38,956 nucleotides of DNA, taken from a virus. Position 1 is the first letter of the stretch. Every line of letters begins with the position of its first letter. The notes under the pieces were generated by a model. That model did no database searches and had not been told where the DNA came from. It saw only the letters and a program-made list of their open reading frames with translations. This document shows, in pieces, positions 17,342 to 25,988 of the stretch. Location: IMG/VR virus record IMGVR_UViG_3300045988_057840, positions 1-38,956 of that record; one strand, given 5' to 3'. Made by a program: the position numbers and the translations under genes.

Positions 17342-18413
17342 AGAATATTTTAGAAATACGTTCTACGATGTCATCTTCCATTTTAGGTGTCACATGTGAG
17401 TAGGTATCCATCGTTTCTTGAAATGACGCGTGCCCTAGACGTTCTTGTATGGCTTTCATATTGGCTCCATTTTCGATGAGAAGGGTGGCATGGGTATGTC
17501 TAGTACCATGCATAGTAAAAGTGGGCTTACCGATTAAACTGGCGTATTTCTTACATAACTTGCTGACTTCATCAGGACAGCGAGGAGCACCCTTTATACC
17601 AGGGAATACAAGATTATTATTAATCCAGTTCATGGTTTTAATTCTACGCTTGTCTATGACTGTTTTATGCTTCATAAGCTCCTGGAGCGTTTCCGTATCA
17701 ATGGCAATTATCCGTTTTGAGGATGTGGTCTTAGTTGTATTAGATATAACTGCAGTAGATCCGATTTTGAGGGCTGTTTGTGAAATGGATATAGTTGATT
17801 TTTTGAAATCGATATCCGACCATCTTAAGCCTAATAATTCAGACCGTCGCATACCTGTTGCAAATGCTAATTTAAAAAGTGCATGATGCTCTACGTTAGA
17901 TATATTGGATAGGAAGTTTTTAACCTCATCTACAGATAACGTTACCATATGCCGAACTTTAACCTGCTTTGGCCTATCTATGTTTTTCATATAGTTCTTA
18001 GGGATGATGTCATCTTTTACCGCCTGCTCTAATATGGATCCTAGAATTGTCATGGTGTAGGATATAGTCCTTGATGATAATCCATCCATTGATTCAAAAA
18101 CATATCGTAATGTATTAGGTTTAATTTCGGCCAACTTTACGCCGCCGATTTTATCTCTGATATAGCGATTGATAATGCCTGTATAGCTTTGATATGTGGC
18201 AGGCGTTATAGTCTTTTCCTTTTGTTGTAACCATATATTAATCCAGGTGTTTAATGAAATAGTATCATCGAAATTAGCACATGCTTGATTAGTATTTACG
18301 TATTTCTCCATAGCTTCTATGGCAGCTTTTTTGGTGGTGCCATAAAAGAATTTACGCTTACCGTTGATGGTTTTCGATACCTGGTATCGTCCATCGGCTC
18401 TCTTTTTTGCCAT
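17340..18413 (-). CDS. int: Tyrosine integrase (phage integrase family with N-terminal AP2-like arm-binding domain)
   Basis: N-terminus MAKKRADGRYQVSKTINGKRKFFYG. Catalytic motifs ATGMRRSEL, HGTRHTHATLL and LGHASFQETMDTYSHV. AGGAGG SD. Confidence 0.95.
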   Translation of the reverse strand: MAKKRADGRYQVSKTINGKRKFFYGTTKKAAIEAMEKYVNTNQACANFDDTISLNTWINIWLQQKEKTITPATYQSYTGIINRYIRDKIGGVKLAEIKPNTLRYVFESMDGLSSRTISYTMTILGSILEQAVKDDIIPKNYMKNIDRPKQVKVRHMVTLSVDEVKNFLSNISNVEHHALFKLAFATGMRRSELLGLRWSDIDFKKSTISISQTALKIGSTAVISNTTKTTSSKRIIAIDTETLQELMKHKTVIDKRRIKTMNWINNNLVFPGIKGAPRCPDEVSKLCKKYASLIGKPTFTMHGTRHTHATLLIENGANMKAIQERLGHASFQETMDTYSHVTPKMEDDIVERISKIF

Positions 18414-18519
18414 AAAAATAACCTCCTAGGCCTAAATTTGGGTATGTTAAATAAGCCTTAGAGGTTTTGTGGTATAATAATAGTGTTCTTTGGTATATGC
18501 CTCTAAGGTGTGTATCATG

Positions 18520-18559
18520 GCCCCTATTCTGTTGGTAGCAGAGTAGGGGCTATTTTTTA
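18520..18559 (+). terminator. Hairpin with T-run oriented on the + strand, between the moron and int
   Basis: GCCCCTATTCTG pairs with CAGAGTAGGGGC (one G-U pair), followed by tatttttta on the + strand. No U-run follows on the - strand. Confidence 0.45.
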
Positions 18560-19018
18560 TTAGTTTTGTGTTTTAGGCGTGTACTTACCAGTGCGCTGTG
18601 CATTTCCTAGGGCACCCATAGCTTCTAGATACCCATAAGTATTAGGTTGTAATTCAACGCGTTTAGGCTTCTTAATAAATGAATGGAATATAACTCGACC
18701 GGATCTACCATCGTAGAATGTAGTTTCTATGATTTCCATTGTGATTGTATGATTTATAAAATCATAAGTAAATCGTTTAGTAGAGCTTGATATAGCAGTA
18801 TCTCCATTGTTATAGCCATATACAGGTAGAATGATTTCTAATTTGTTCCCATTGTCCTTTTCGGTCACTAACGATTCAATAGGTATAAATTGAATTTCGC
18901 CCATAGGATTTGGAATCTGCATATACCCATTATATGGGTTTAACTCTTGAAATGTTACAGCCTGTACCGGTAATGTAGATATTAAAGCTAATGCAGCAAT
19001 AATAATTAGTTTCTTCAT
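18560..19018 (-). CDS. Secreted protein of unknown function (moron candidate)
   Basis: Signal peptide MKKLIIIAALALISTLPVQA followed by VT. No lipobox Cys. Lies between int and the immunity genes. Confidence 0.7.
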   Translation of the reverse strand: MKKLIIIAALALISTLPVQAVTFQELNPYNGYMQIPNPMGEIQFIPIESLVTEKDNGNKLEIILPVYGYNNGDTAISSSTKRFTYDFINHTITMEIIETTFYDGRSGRVIFHSFIKKPKRVELQPNTYGYLEAMGALGNAQRTGKYTPKTQN

Positions 19019-19039
19019 GGTTTCTCCCCTTATGTGTAA

Positions 19040-19318
19040 TTACACATTAAAATGATGATAAAAGTCGATATTTTCTAATTCCGAATCATCTATATGTGAC
19101 CTACGAACCATTTGTTCGACAAGGTTCACGTGTTCATCTAAGTAAAAATCATCATTAATAATATGCATTAATTCATGTTTAATTTCCTCTCTCATGCGAT
19201 CATGAGGGAGGTTTTTGTTTATGTAGATGTTATGAGTATCTACATCTTCACATTCCTCTGACACAGCATTGGCATGTGGTAAGTCGCAGTAAATCAAATT
19301 TACAACCAACGATAACAC
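19040..19318 (-). CDS. Short ImmA/IrrE-like (DUF955/M78) metallopeptidase
   Basis: IYINKNLPHDRMREEIKHELMHI contains the HExxH motif in the family context. Lies directly downstream of the XRE repressor. Start uncertain: GTG at 19318 or the in-frame TTG 9 nt further in. Confidence 0.6.
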   Translation of the reverse strand: MLSLVVNLIYCDLPHANAVSEECEDVDTHNIYINKNLPHDRMREEIKHELMHIINDDFYLDEHVNLVEQMVRRSHIDDSELENIDFYHHFNV

Positions 19319-19333
19319 TCTCCCTTGTGTATA

Positions 19334-19711
19334 TTATTTGTGTTTAGATTTTAAGAACTCTATGTATTTGACTGTTTCTTCCATCTCCTCTGTAGACATA
19401 TCTTTTGCAGCAGAAAAAAGCATGCGTGCACCTGGTCTAGTGCGTAAGTATTCCGCGAACTCTGCTGCTTCAGGGTCTGTGTAGTAGCCTTCGGTATGTT
19501 TTTCAACCAGTTCAGATTTAGGGACGCCAAAATAATTTGCCAATAGTTCAATTTTATCGATTCTAGGATATGTATTTCCCTTTACCCAATCTGTAAACGT
19601 AGTATACTTTAGCCCTAAATCAGCACATATTTTATTGCGATCAATTCCGCGACTATCCATTAGCCGTTGAATATTCTCAGCCATAATAGCCTTGTTGCCT
19701 AAATCACTCAT
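19334..19711 (-). CDS. XRE-family HTH repressor (CI/ImmR-like)
   Basis: The HTH_3-like N-terminus reads ENIQRLMDSRGIDRNKICADLGLKYTTFTDWVKGNTYP. It is transcribed divergently from a cro-like gene. Confidence 0.85.
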   Translation of the reverse strand: MSDLGNKAIMAENIQRLMDSRGIDRNKICADLGLKYTTFTDWVKGNTYPRIDKIELLANYFGVPKSELVEKHTEGYYTDPEAAEFAEYLRTRPGARMLFSAAKDMSTEEMEETVKYIEFLKSKHK

Positions 19712-19753
19712 AAGAACCTCTCAAATCTGGAATATATTAATTAATATACTTAT

Positions 19754-19850
19754 ATATTACGATATTTTCGTAATAAAATCAATATTTTACGGAAATTTTA
19801 CGATAGTTTAAGTTTGGTTTATAGACATTACGGACAAACCGTAGTAAAAT
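19754..19850. promoter_or_regulatory. Divergent switch region: candidate leftward and rightward promoters with operator palindromes
   Basis: Leftward, on the complement: -35 TTGATT (19777..19782) and -10 TAATAT (19754..19759), with TTACGA-TATTT-TCGTAA (19757..19773) in the spacer. Rightward: -35 TAGACA (19822..19827) and -10 TAAAAT (19845..19850), with TTACGG-ACAAA-CCGTA (19828..19843) in the spacer. Half-sites TTACGG at 19787 and TTACGA at 19798. Confidence 0.55.
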
Positions 19851-19894
19851 GATGACTGTAAACAAGAGGTGATTATCGAGAAAGGAGGTAGCTT

Positions 19895-20083
19895 ATGAAG
19901 TATACATTAAAGATGTTACGGGCTTCAAAAAACTGGTCTCAACTTACGGCATCTAAAGCAATCGGCGTATCTGTTGATACTTGGGGAAATTGGGAGCGCA
20001 AACGCTCTTATCCTGATGTTCCTCACATAAAAAAGATACAAGAAGTATTTGGTGTAGCGTATGATGACATTATTTTTTTATAG
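19895..20083 (+). CDS. Cro-like XRE-family HTH protein
   Basis: 62 aa with GGAGG SD. First gene of the rightward operon. HTH segment WSQLTASKAIGVSVDTWGNWER. Confidence 0.75.
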   Translation: MKYTLKMLRASKNWSQLTASKAIGVSVDTWGNWERKRSYPDVPHIKKIQEVFGVAYDDIIFL

Positions 20084-20087
20084 TTGA

Positions 20088-20104
20088 TTACGGTTAAACC
20101 GTTA
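20088..20104. promoter_or_regulatory. Third operator-like palindrome TTACGG-TTAAA-CCGTTA
   Basis: Perfect 13-bp palindrome ACGGTTAAACCGT at 20090..20102. Same half-site and 5-nt spacer as the two sites in the switch region. Confidence 0.5.
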
Positions 20105-20117
20105 CGGGGGATAGGTT

Positions 20118-20366
20118 ATGAAAGAATTCGTAATCAGAATGTTCGGCGAATCCATTACGGAACGCATGAACGAGTTAGGCATGACTAAGACGGCGCTGAT
20201 TAAACAAGCTGAAATCTCGATGGATACATTGAACCGAGCTATCAAAGGACGGTCAGTACACATGTCGACAGTCGTTGGTATCTGCTATGCGTTGTGTGTC
20301 GATGATTCTGAAAGTCATGACTTTTGGGAAACCGATTACTACAACCCTAAGTTAGATAGGAGGTAG
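20118..20366 (+). CDS. HTH DNA-binding protein (XRE-like)
   Basis: LGMTKTALIKQAEISMDTLNRAIKG. GGGGG SD. Confidence 0.6.
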   Translation: MKEFVIRMFGESITERMNELGMTKTALIKQAEISMDTLNRAIKGRSVHMSTVVGICYALCVDDSESHDFWETDYYNPKLDRR

Positions 20367-20368
20367 TT

Positions 20369-20563
20369 ATGAATAAGATGTGCATTACGGTAGCGGAAGC
20401 TGCAGAGCTTGCTAGCGTACCGGAAACGGTCATCCGCGAATGGGCGCAAGATTTTGACTTTCCGTCCATGAAAATCGGTAAGCGTGGTGGCAAACGTCTT
20501 ATCCACGTTGAGTCGTTTAATGCTTGGCTTGCTAAACGGTGCCAGGCACGAATAGGAGAGTAA
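20369..20563 (+). CDS. Excisionase-family / MerR-like HTH_17 DNA-binding protein
   Basis: ITVAEAAELASVPETVIREWAQ...FPSMKIGKR..I....FNAWL matches the excisionase-type winged helix. AGGAGG SD. Confidence 0.6.
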   Translation: MNKMCITVAEAAELASVPETVIREWAQDFDFPSMKIGKRGGKRLIHVESFNAWLAKRCQARIGE

Positions 20564-20565
20564 AC

Positions 20566-20748
20566 ATGGTGAAAGTAGTTTATGCAGTGCGTATTCTCGC
20601 TGCAATTCTAGTAGTTGGAACAGTTGGATCGGTTGATATAGACCGTATCGATTTGTGGACAGGTATTTGCCAAGGTCTGCTAGGTATTACTCTTTGGATG
20701 CTAGCAGGCTACTGGCTAGAAGAAGTAAAAGAATATGGCAAAAGATAA
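20566..20748 (+). CDS. Small membrane protein (60 aa, two TM segments)
   Basis: The ATG at 20566 follows AGGAGAG. Hydrophobic segments VRILAAILVVGTVGSV and GLLGITLWMLAGYWL. Confidence 0.5.
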   Translation: MVKVVYAVRILAAILVVGTVGSVDIDRIDLWTGICQGLLGITLWMLAGYWLEEVKEYGKR

Positions 20749-20902
20749 ATTTTGCAAGGTGTGCAATAAAAAGATTAAAAGTCCTTACACAAACTGGTCT
20801 TACTTAACCGGTGAGCCACGTATCGTGTGCGATACCTGCAAAGAAATACATCCAATTGTTAATAGATACCGGATGCAGACCAAGATAACTCTTAAACACT
20901 GA
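20735..20902 (+). CDS. Small zinc-ribbon protein (55 aa); not in the supplied ORF track
   Basis: Hand translation: MAKDKFCKVCNKKIKSPYTNWSYLTGEPRIVCDTCKEIHPIVNRYRMQTKITLKH, with CxxC...CxxC. It fills the gap before 20916. Confidence 0.45.
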   Translation: MAKDKFCKVCNKKIKSPYTNWSYLTGEPRIVCDTCKEIHPIVNRYRMQTKITLKH

Positions 20903-20915
20903 TAAGGAGATTGAT

Positions 20916-21425
20916 ATGCCAAAAGTAAACATTACAAAATCAGCAGTTCGTGCCTTTGTCCGAAGCGAATATTTGAAAAAGCATGAGCCTTTGAGAAATG
21001 CACGAGTCGAGGCTTTGAGAAGTGCGATAGAGGCGAGTCCCCTATTTATAGATTTTAAAAACATAATGGCCTCTGCAGAATCGGTTGCAAGTGCGTTAGA
21101 AAAAGCTGGATACGGCTCAGGATTTAGGCAAAATCTTGTCTCTTGTGATAAGATGCTAAATCGTACAATACACAATTTATACACAGCACATATGAGTGAA
21201 CCAAAAGATGAAATCCGTAAATTATATGCGATTGCGAAACCGTATGATGAAAAGCTTGAAGCGATAGAGAAAGCTTACCAATTAGCGCGTAGTACCATCG
21301 ATAGAGCTCCGGGAGGTAAAGCAGCTGCTGATATTTTAAAGATGTCAGGACTCGACTTTTATGCGTGGCAAACTACTGACAGCGAAGCAGCATTAGATTT
21401 AAGCGCATTGAAGGGAAGTGATTAA
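20916..21425 (+). CDS. Hypothetical early protein (169 aa)
   Basis: AAGGAG SD. Same strand as its neighbours, so preferred over the antisense ORF 20804..21184. Confidence 0.6.
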   Translation: MPKVNITKSAVRAFVRSEYLKKHEPLRNARVEALRSAIEASPLFIDFKNIMASAESVASALEKAGYGSGFRQNLVSCDKMLNRTIHNLYTAHMSEPKDEIRKLYAIAKPYDEKLEAIEKAYQLARSTIDRAPGGKAAADILKMSGLDFYAWQTTDSEAALDLSALKGSD

Positions 21426-22005
21426 ATTGCGAGACTGTACAACGTGCCCTGATAAAGACTACTGCATTCCTGATGAATGCCTGGGCGCAAAAAAAATGCC
21501 CTCACGCACGGCAATGCATAAAGGGCACTTAGAAAAATATCCATTTAAAGTATATCACATCGTTAAACCGAAAGGAAACAGAACAATGATCGAGTTAAAA
21601 ATTACAGTAGATAAAGCAGTTGAATTAGAACAAGAAGTGAAAGACCTATATCAATCTATCGTAGGCGCACCTGTTAAAGAAGTCGAAAACTGGACAACAA
21701 ATGACGTTAAGCCAGCTAAGAAGGAAGCTCCAAAAGTAGAAGCTCCTGCTCCTAAAGTTGAACCGGTTAAAGAAGCGCCAGCACCTAAGGAAGAACCTGT
21801 AGAAGGAGCTCCAGTTAAAGCAGAAGTACCTAGCCTTGAAGCAACTCGTGCTGCTGTAAAAGATTACATCGACAAAGCAGCAGACAAGACACAAGCAAAG
21901 ACAGACTTTAAGGCGTTGTTGGATGAAATTGGCGCAGAAAAGGTGACATCTGCTACCGATGAACAACGTATCAAAATCATGGAATGGGTGAATAGCCGTG
22001 GCTAA
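21418..22005 (+). CDS. Hypothetical protein with a Pro/Lys/Glu-rich linker
   Basis: ORF open from a GTG at 21418. An internal ATG at 21586 (MIELK...) is an equally plausible start. PAKKEAPKVEAPAPKVEPVKEAPAPKEEPVEGAP. Confidence 0.5.
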   Translation: MIKLRDCTTCPDKDYCIPDECLGAKKMPSRTAMHKGHLEKYPFKVYHIVKPKGNRTMIELKITVDKAVELEQEVKDLYQSIVGAPVKEVENWTTNDVKPAKKEAPKVEAPAPKVEPVKEAPAPKEEPVEGAPVKAEVPSLEATRAAVKDYIDKAADKTQAKTDFKALLDEIGAEKVTSATDEQRIKIMEWVNSRG

Positions 22006-23140
22006 TAAACACGCCTTACTAGGTGCTTCAAGCAGTGCGAGGTGGCTAGTATGTACTCCTTCAGCAAGATTAGAGGCGATGTTCCCTGATGAACAATCTC
22101 CGTATGCTGCGGAGGGTACTGTTGCGCATAATCTAGCGGAAGCAATTCTCCGGCATAAGCTAGAAGGCAAGAAAGCCCCTAAGCTAGACGACTACTCTAC
22201 TGAAATGGTAGAAGCGGTTAATCGATATGTCGACATTTGCGAAGAGAAGGTAAACGAAGCACGTGCTCGCTCCGCTGATGCGGAAGCCATGATAGAAGCA
22301 CGGCTCGACTTCTCTCGTTGGGTACCCGAAGGCTTCGGTACCGGCGATATGGTTATCGTAGCCGACGGCATCCTAGAAGTGATTGACCTAAAGTATGGCA
22401 AAGGTGTTCCTGTTAGCGCCGTCGAAAACACACAAATGCGACTCTATGCATTAGGTGCCTATGATGTCAACGAGTACTTGTACGACATCAAAACAGTTCG
22501 CATGACAATCGTTCAACCAAGACTTGATAGTGTGTCTACCGACGAAATGTCACTTGAAGAACTTCTTGATTGGGGCGAAGATATCAAACCTATCGCACAA
22601 CGTGCCTGGGAAGGTATCGGCGAATGTACGCCTTGCGATTACTGTAACTTCTGTAAAGCACGGCACACCTGCCGAGCATTAGCAGATACTTGCCTTGATA
22701 CATTCTATAAGAATGGAGGCAAGCTCAATCAATTACTTACTGATAGCGAAGTATCTGACATCCTAGGGATGAAAGATTTAATCACGAAATGGATTAAAGG
22801 CGTGTATGATTTCGCTTACGAGAAAGCCTTATCCGGCGAGAAACAATGGCCAGGCTTCAAATTGGTAGAGGGTACGTCAAGACGTACTATCACGGATCCA
22901 GAAGCTGCAGCTAAAACATTACTCGATAACGGCTACAAAGAAGAGGACATCTTCAAGCCTCGAGAACTCGAAGGTATCACTAATCTGCAAAAGGTTCTTG
23001 GTAAAAAAGGCGTTGCCGAATACCTAGAAGCATATATCGACAAGCCTGAAGGCAAGCCTACGTTAGTCCCTGAGTCGGATAAACGCCCAGCAATCAATAC
23101 CGTAGAATCTATGGCTAATGAATTTACAGACGAGGAGTAA
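21998..23140 (+). CDS. DUF2800-family PD-(D/E)XK (Cas4-like) nuclease
   Basis: HALLGASSSARWLVCTPS at the N-terminus. GDMVIV...EVIDLKYGKG is the D..D-x-K motif. C-terminal Cys cluster CTPCDYCNFCKARHTC. Confidence 0.8.
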   Translation: MANKHALLGASSSARWLVCTPSARLEAMFPDEQSPYAAEGTVAHNLAEAILRHKLEGKKAPKLDDYSTEMVEAVNRYVDICEEKVNEARARSADAEAMIEARLDFSRWVPEGFGTGDMVIVADGILEVIDLKYGKGVPVSAVENTQMRLYALGAYDVNEYLYDIKTVRMTIVQPRLDSVSTDEMSLEELLDWGEDIKPIAQRAWEGIGECTPCDYCNFCKARHTCRALADTCLDTFYKNGGKLNQLLTDSEVSDILGMKDLITKWIKGVYDFAYEKALSGEKQWPGFKLVEGTSRRTITDPEAAAKTLLDNGYKEEDIFKPRELEGITNLQKVLGKKGVAEYLEAYIDKPEGKPTLVPESDKRPAINTVESMANEFTDEE

Positions 23141-23141
23141 C

Positions 23142-23456
23142 ATGCGCGTCGTGACTGTAAAAGCAATTGCCAAAGAGCTTCATGAGCGAGGGCACTACCT
23201 CGATGAGCTCTACCAAATTACTATTGCATATGCTACTAGCTTGCACACTCGCTACTGCGTAGTTGATGCAAGGTGCGATGCAATAGAACTTCGATATCAA
23301 ACAGAAGAAGAGTTGGGCCCCTATGAGTATCCCTGGTTAGAGGACGATGAGTGGAACCGGCTTGATGATGAACGTTCTGATATCGAAGATGAATTAGAAG
23401 AATTATTTAATACAGTAATAGGGTTCGAACATGACTGTAACCCATTTAAGAAATAA
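23142..23456 (+). CDS. Hypothetical acidic protein (104 aa)
   Basis: The ATG at 23142 follows GAGGAG. Position within the replication module. Confidence 0.5.
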   Translation: MRVVTVKAIAKELHERGHYLDELYQITIAYATSLHTRYCVVDARCDAIELRYQTEEELGPYEYPWLEDDEWNRLDDERSDIEDELEELFNTVIGFEHDCNPFKK

Positions 23457-23469
23457 GGAGACCGTAACA

Positions 23470-24030
23470 ATGGCTAAATTAACAACTGGTATCGTAAGAC
23501 TTTCCTATGCAAACATCGCTCAACCTCGTAAAAACGACGACGGCAAAGCAAAATACAGCTCTCAAATCATTATCGATAAAACAGATAAGAAAACAATCAA
23601 AGCATTTGAACGTGCGATTGAAGAACTTAAGGCTGATCCAAAAGCAGTAGCTAAGGTAGAAGGTAAAGCAGCATACCTTAAATTGAACTTACGTGATGGT
23701 GATACAGATGAAGCAGTAGCTGACCAACCTGAAACATACGCAGGCAAGTTCTTCATCAATGCGAATAGCGATAAACAACCTATCGTATTCACTCGTGACA
23801 AAATCAAGATGGACCAATTCGACATCGAAGAAGAAATTTACTCCGGTGTATACGCGCAGGTCGCATTATCCGTTTTCGCTTATAACTTCAATGGTAAAAA
23901 AGGTGTAGGCTTTGGCCTAAATGGTGTTCGTAAAGTTAAAGATGGTGACCGCCTCGGTGGCGTTCACGTATCTGCTAATGACTTCGGCGACGACGATTTA
24001 GGCGACCTAGACGATGACGAATTCATCTAA
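23470..24030 (+). CDS. DUF2815-family ssDNA-binding-like protein
   Basis: MAKLTTGIVRLSYANIAQPRKN is a typical DUF2815 N-terminus. Acidic SSB-like tail DDDLGDLDDDEFI. AAGGAG SD. Confidence 0.75.
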   Translation: MAKLTTGIVRLSYANIAQPRKNDDGKAKYSSQIIIDKTDKKTIKAFERAIEELKADPKAVAKVEGKAAYLKLNLRDGDTDEAVADQPETYAGKFFINANSDKQPIVFTRDKIKMDQFDIEEEIYSGVYAQVALSVFAYNFNGKKGVGFGLNGVRKVKDGDRLGGVHVSANDFGDDDLGDLDDDEFI

Positions 24031-24040
24031 GGAGGAAAAT

Positions 24041-25975
24041 ATGGAGCTCAGTATTGATGTGGAAACGTATTCTGACTGCCCTATTAAATATGGAGCACAG
24101 CGATACGTTGATGATACAACATTTGAAATACTGCTCTTTGCCTACAGCTTCGATGACGAACCGGTCGAAGCAATTGATATGACAAAGGATCCACTACCCG
24201 AAAGGGTGGTGGACGCTTTGTATAACAAGGAAATTACAAAGACCGCCTTTAACGCAGCATTCGAAATGCTTTGTCTTAAAAAGTATTACCCTGATGCGGA
24301 TTACACGAACTGGGAATGTACCTCTGTACTAGCTTTGTACTGTAGTTTACCTGCAAGCCTTGATAATGTGTCTAAGGCTTTACGATTAGGTGAAGCCAAA
24401 GACGCAAGAGGTAAACGACTTATCCAGTTCTTCTCAGTACCAAGAAAACCAACTAAGACAAATCCTAAGACACGAAATATGCCAGAGGATGCGCCTGAGA
24501 AATGGGCGGAATACATTGAGTACAATCGTCAGGACGTGGTAGTAGAAAAGGCAATTCGTAAGCGCTTACTTTCGCTGAAACCACCTGCTATCGAGCACGA
24601 GTACTGGTTACTCGACCAAGATATCAACTGGCGAGGCGTGAAAGTAGATATGGAACTCGTCGATGCAGCGCTTGCTTGTAACGACGAAATCGTGGAAGAG
24701 GCTACCGAGTCATCTAAACTATTAACCGGATTAGAAAATCCGAACAGTACCATGCAACTTAAAGAGTGGCTGACGGCAAGACTAGGATATGATCTAGAAA
24801 CAATGAGAAAAGACGATGTATCAAACCTCTTGGCACAGGATATCCCCTCTGATGTTCGCAAGGTACTGCAAAATAGACAGGTACTCGGTAACTCCTCCAT
24901 CAAAAAATACTTGGCCATGAAAAACGCTGTATGTTCAGATGGTCGCATCCACGGCATGCTTCAGTTTTATGGGGCTATGCGAAGTGGTCGCTGGGCGGGA
25001 CGTGTAGTACAGCTACAGAACCTCCCTCGTAACTACCTAGAAGATTTAGACACAGCTCGGGAAGTTCTTAAAAGTAGAGATGTAGAAATGCTAGACCTAC
25101 TATACGGAAACCCTGGCGACGTGATTAAGCAACTTATCCGTACCGCTCTAGTAGCAGAGGATGGACACCGCTTCATTGTGGCCGACTTTAGCGCTATTGA
25201 AGCCCGTGTTATCGCCTGGCTTGCTCACGAGCAATGGCGCCAAGATGTATTCGCTCAAGGCGGAGACATCTATTGTGCTTCTGCGTCCAGCATGTTCCAC
25301 GTACCAGTTGAGAAGCACGGTGTTAATGGGCACCTACGACAAAAAGGAAAGGTAGCTGAATTAGCGCTAGGGTATGGCGGCGGTGTAGGAGCTATGAAAG
25401 CGATGGATACTAAAGGAGAAATTCCTGAAAAGGAGCTACCAGGTATCATCGAAGCATGGCGACAAGCTAGTCCACGAATTACGAGATTTTGGAAAGATGC
25501 AGACAGCGCAGCAAAGCAAGTCGTGAGAACAGGAGAACCAGTACGAATCAGACAAGGCAATATTAAATTCTTTAAATCGAAAGGCTTCCTGTTCATTGAG
25601 TTACCATCCGGTCGAAGACTTGCCTACGCAAGACCTAGACTCGGACTTAACCGGTTCGGTAGTGAATCGATTGAGTATGATGGTATGGATCAGGTTAAGA
25701 ATACATGGGGCAGGGTTGAAACCTACGGTGGAAAGCTCGTCGAAAACATTGTACAAGCCGTAGCAAGAGATTGCTTAGCAGCAGCGATGTTAAGACTAGC
25801 AAAAGCTGGTTACAAAATTGTAGCCCATATCCACGACGAAGTGGTTATCGAAGCGCCAATAGGCGAAGGTAGTTTAGAAGAAGTTATAGATATTATGTGT
25901 GAACCTGAACCCTGGAATGAAGGGCTCATATTAAACGCAGCAGGGTTTGAGAACCCTTACTACATGAAGGATTAG
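24041..25975 (+). CDS. Family A DNA polymerase (phage type, with 3'-5' exonuclease motif)
   Basis: Exo I motif IDVETYS. Motif A is DFSAIEARV, motif B is RQKGKVAELALGYGGG and motif C is HIHDEVV. Confidence 0.9.
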   Translation: MELSIDVETYSDCPIKYGAQRYVDDTTFEILLFAYSFDDEPVEAIDMTKDPLPERVVDALYNKEITKTAFNAAFEMLCLKKYYPDADYTNWECTSVLALYCSLPASLDNVSKALRLGEAKDARGKRLIQFFSVPRKPTKTNPKTRNMPEDAPEKWAEYIEYNRQDVVVEKAIRKRLLSLKPPAIEHEYWLLDQDINWRGVKVDMELVDAALACNDEIVEEATESSKLLTGLENPNSTMQLKEWLTARLGYDLETMRKDDVSNLLAQDIPSDVRKVLQNRQVLGNSSIKKYLAMKNAVCSDGRIHGMLQFYGAMRSGRWAGRVVQLQNLPRNYLEDLDTAREVLKSRDVEMLDLLYGNPGDVIKQLIRTALVAEDGHRFIVADFSAIEARVIAWLAHEQWRQDVFAQGGDIYCASASSMFHVPVEKHGVNGHLRQKGKVAELALGYGGGVGAMKAMDTKGEIPEKELPGIIEAWRQASPRITRFWKDADSAAKQVVRTGEPVRIRQGNIKFFKSKGFLFIELPSGRRLAYARPRLGLNRFGSESIEYDGMDQVKNTWGRVETYGGKLVENIVQAVARDCLAAAMLRLAKAGYKIVAHIHDEVVIEAPIGEGSLEEVIDIMCEPEPWNEGLILNAAGFENPYYMKD

Positions 25976-25988
25976 GAGGACAATTCTT

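Noticed and set aside
17449-17886. 145-aa + strand ORF inside the integrase gene
   Set aside because: It is antisense to an integrase with all catalytic motifs intact. It has no SD.
20804-21184. 126-aa ORF on the - strand
   Set aside because: It is antisense to two SD-preceded + strand ORFs within a unidirectional operon, and it has no SD.
21646-22170. 174-aa - strand ORF across the 21418/21998 gene junction
   Set aside because: It is antisense to the PEK-rich coding region and to the conserved N-terminus of the DUF2800 protein. The translation is Cys/Phe-rich and looks like noise.
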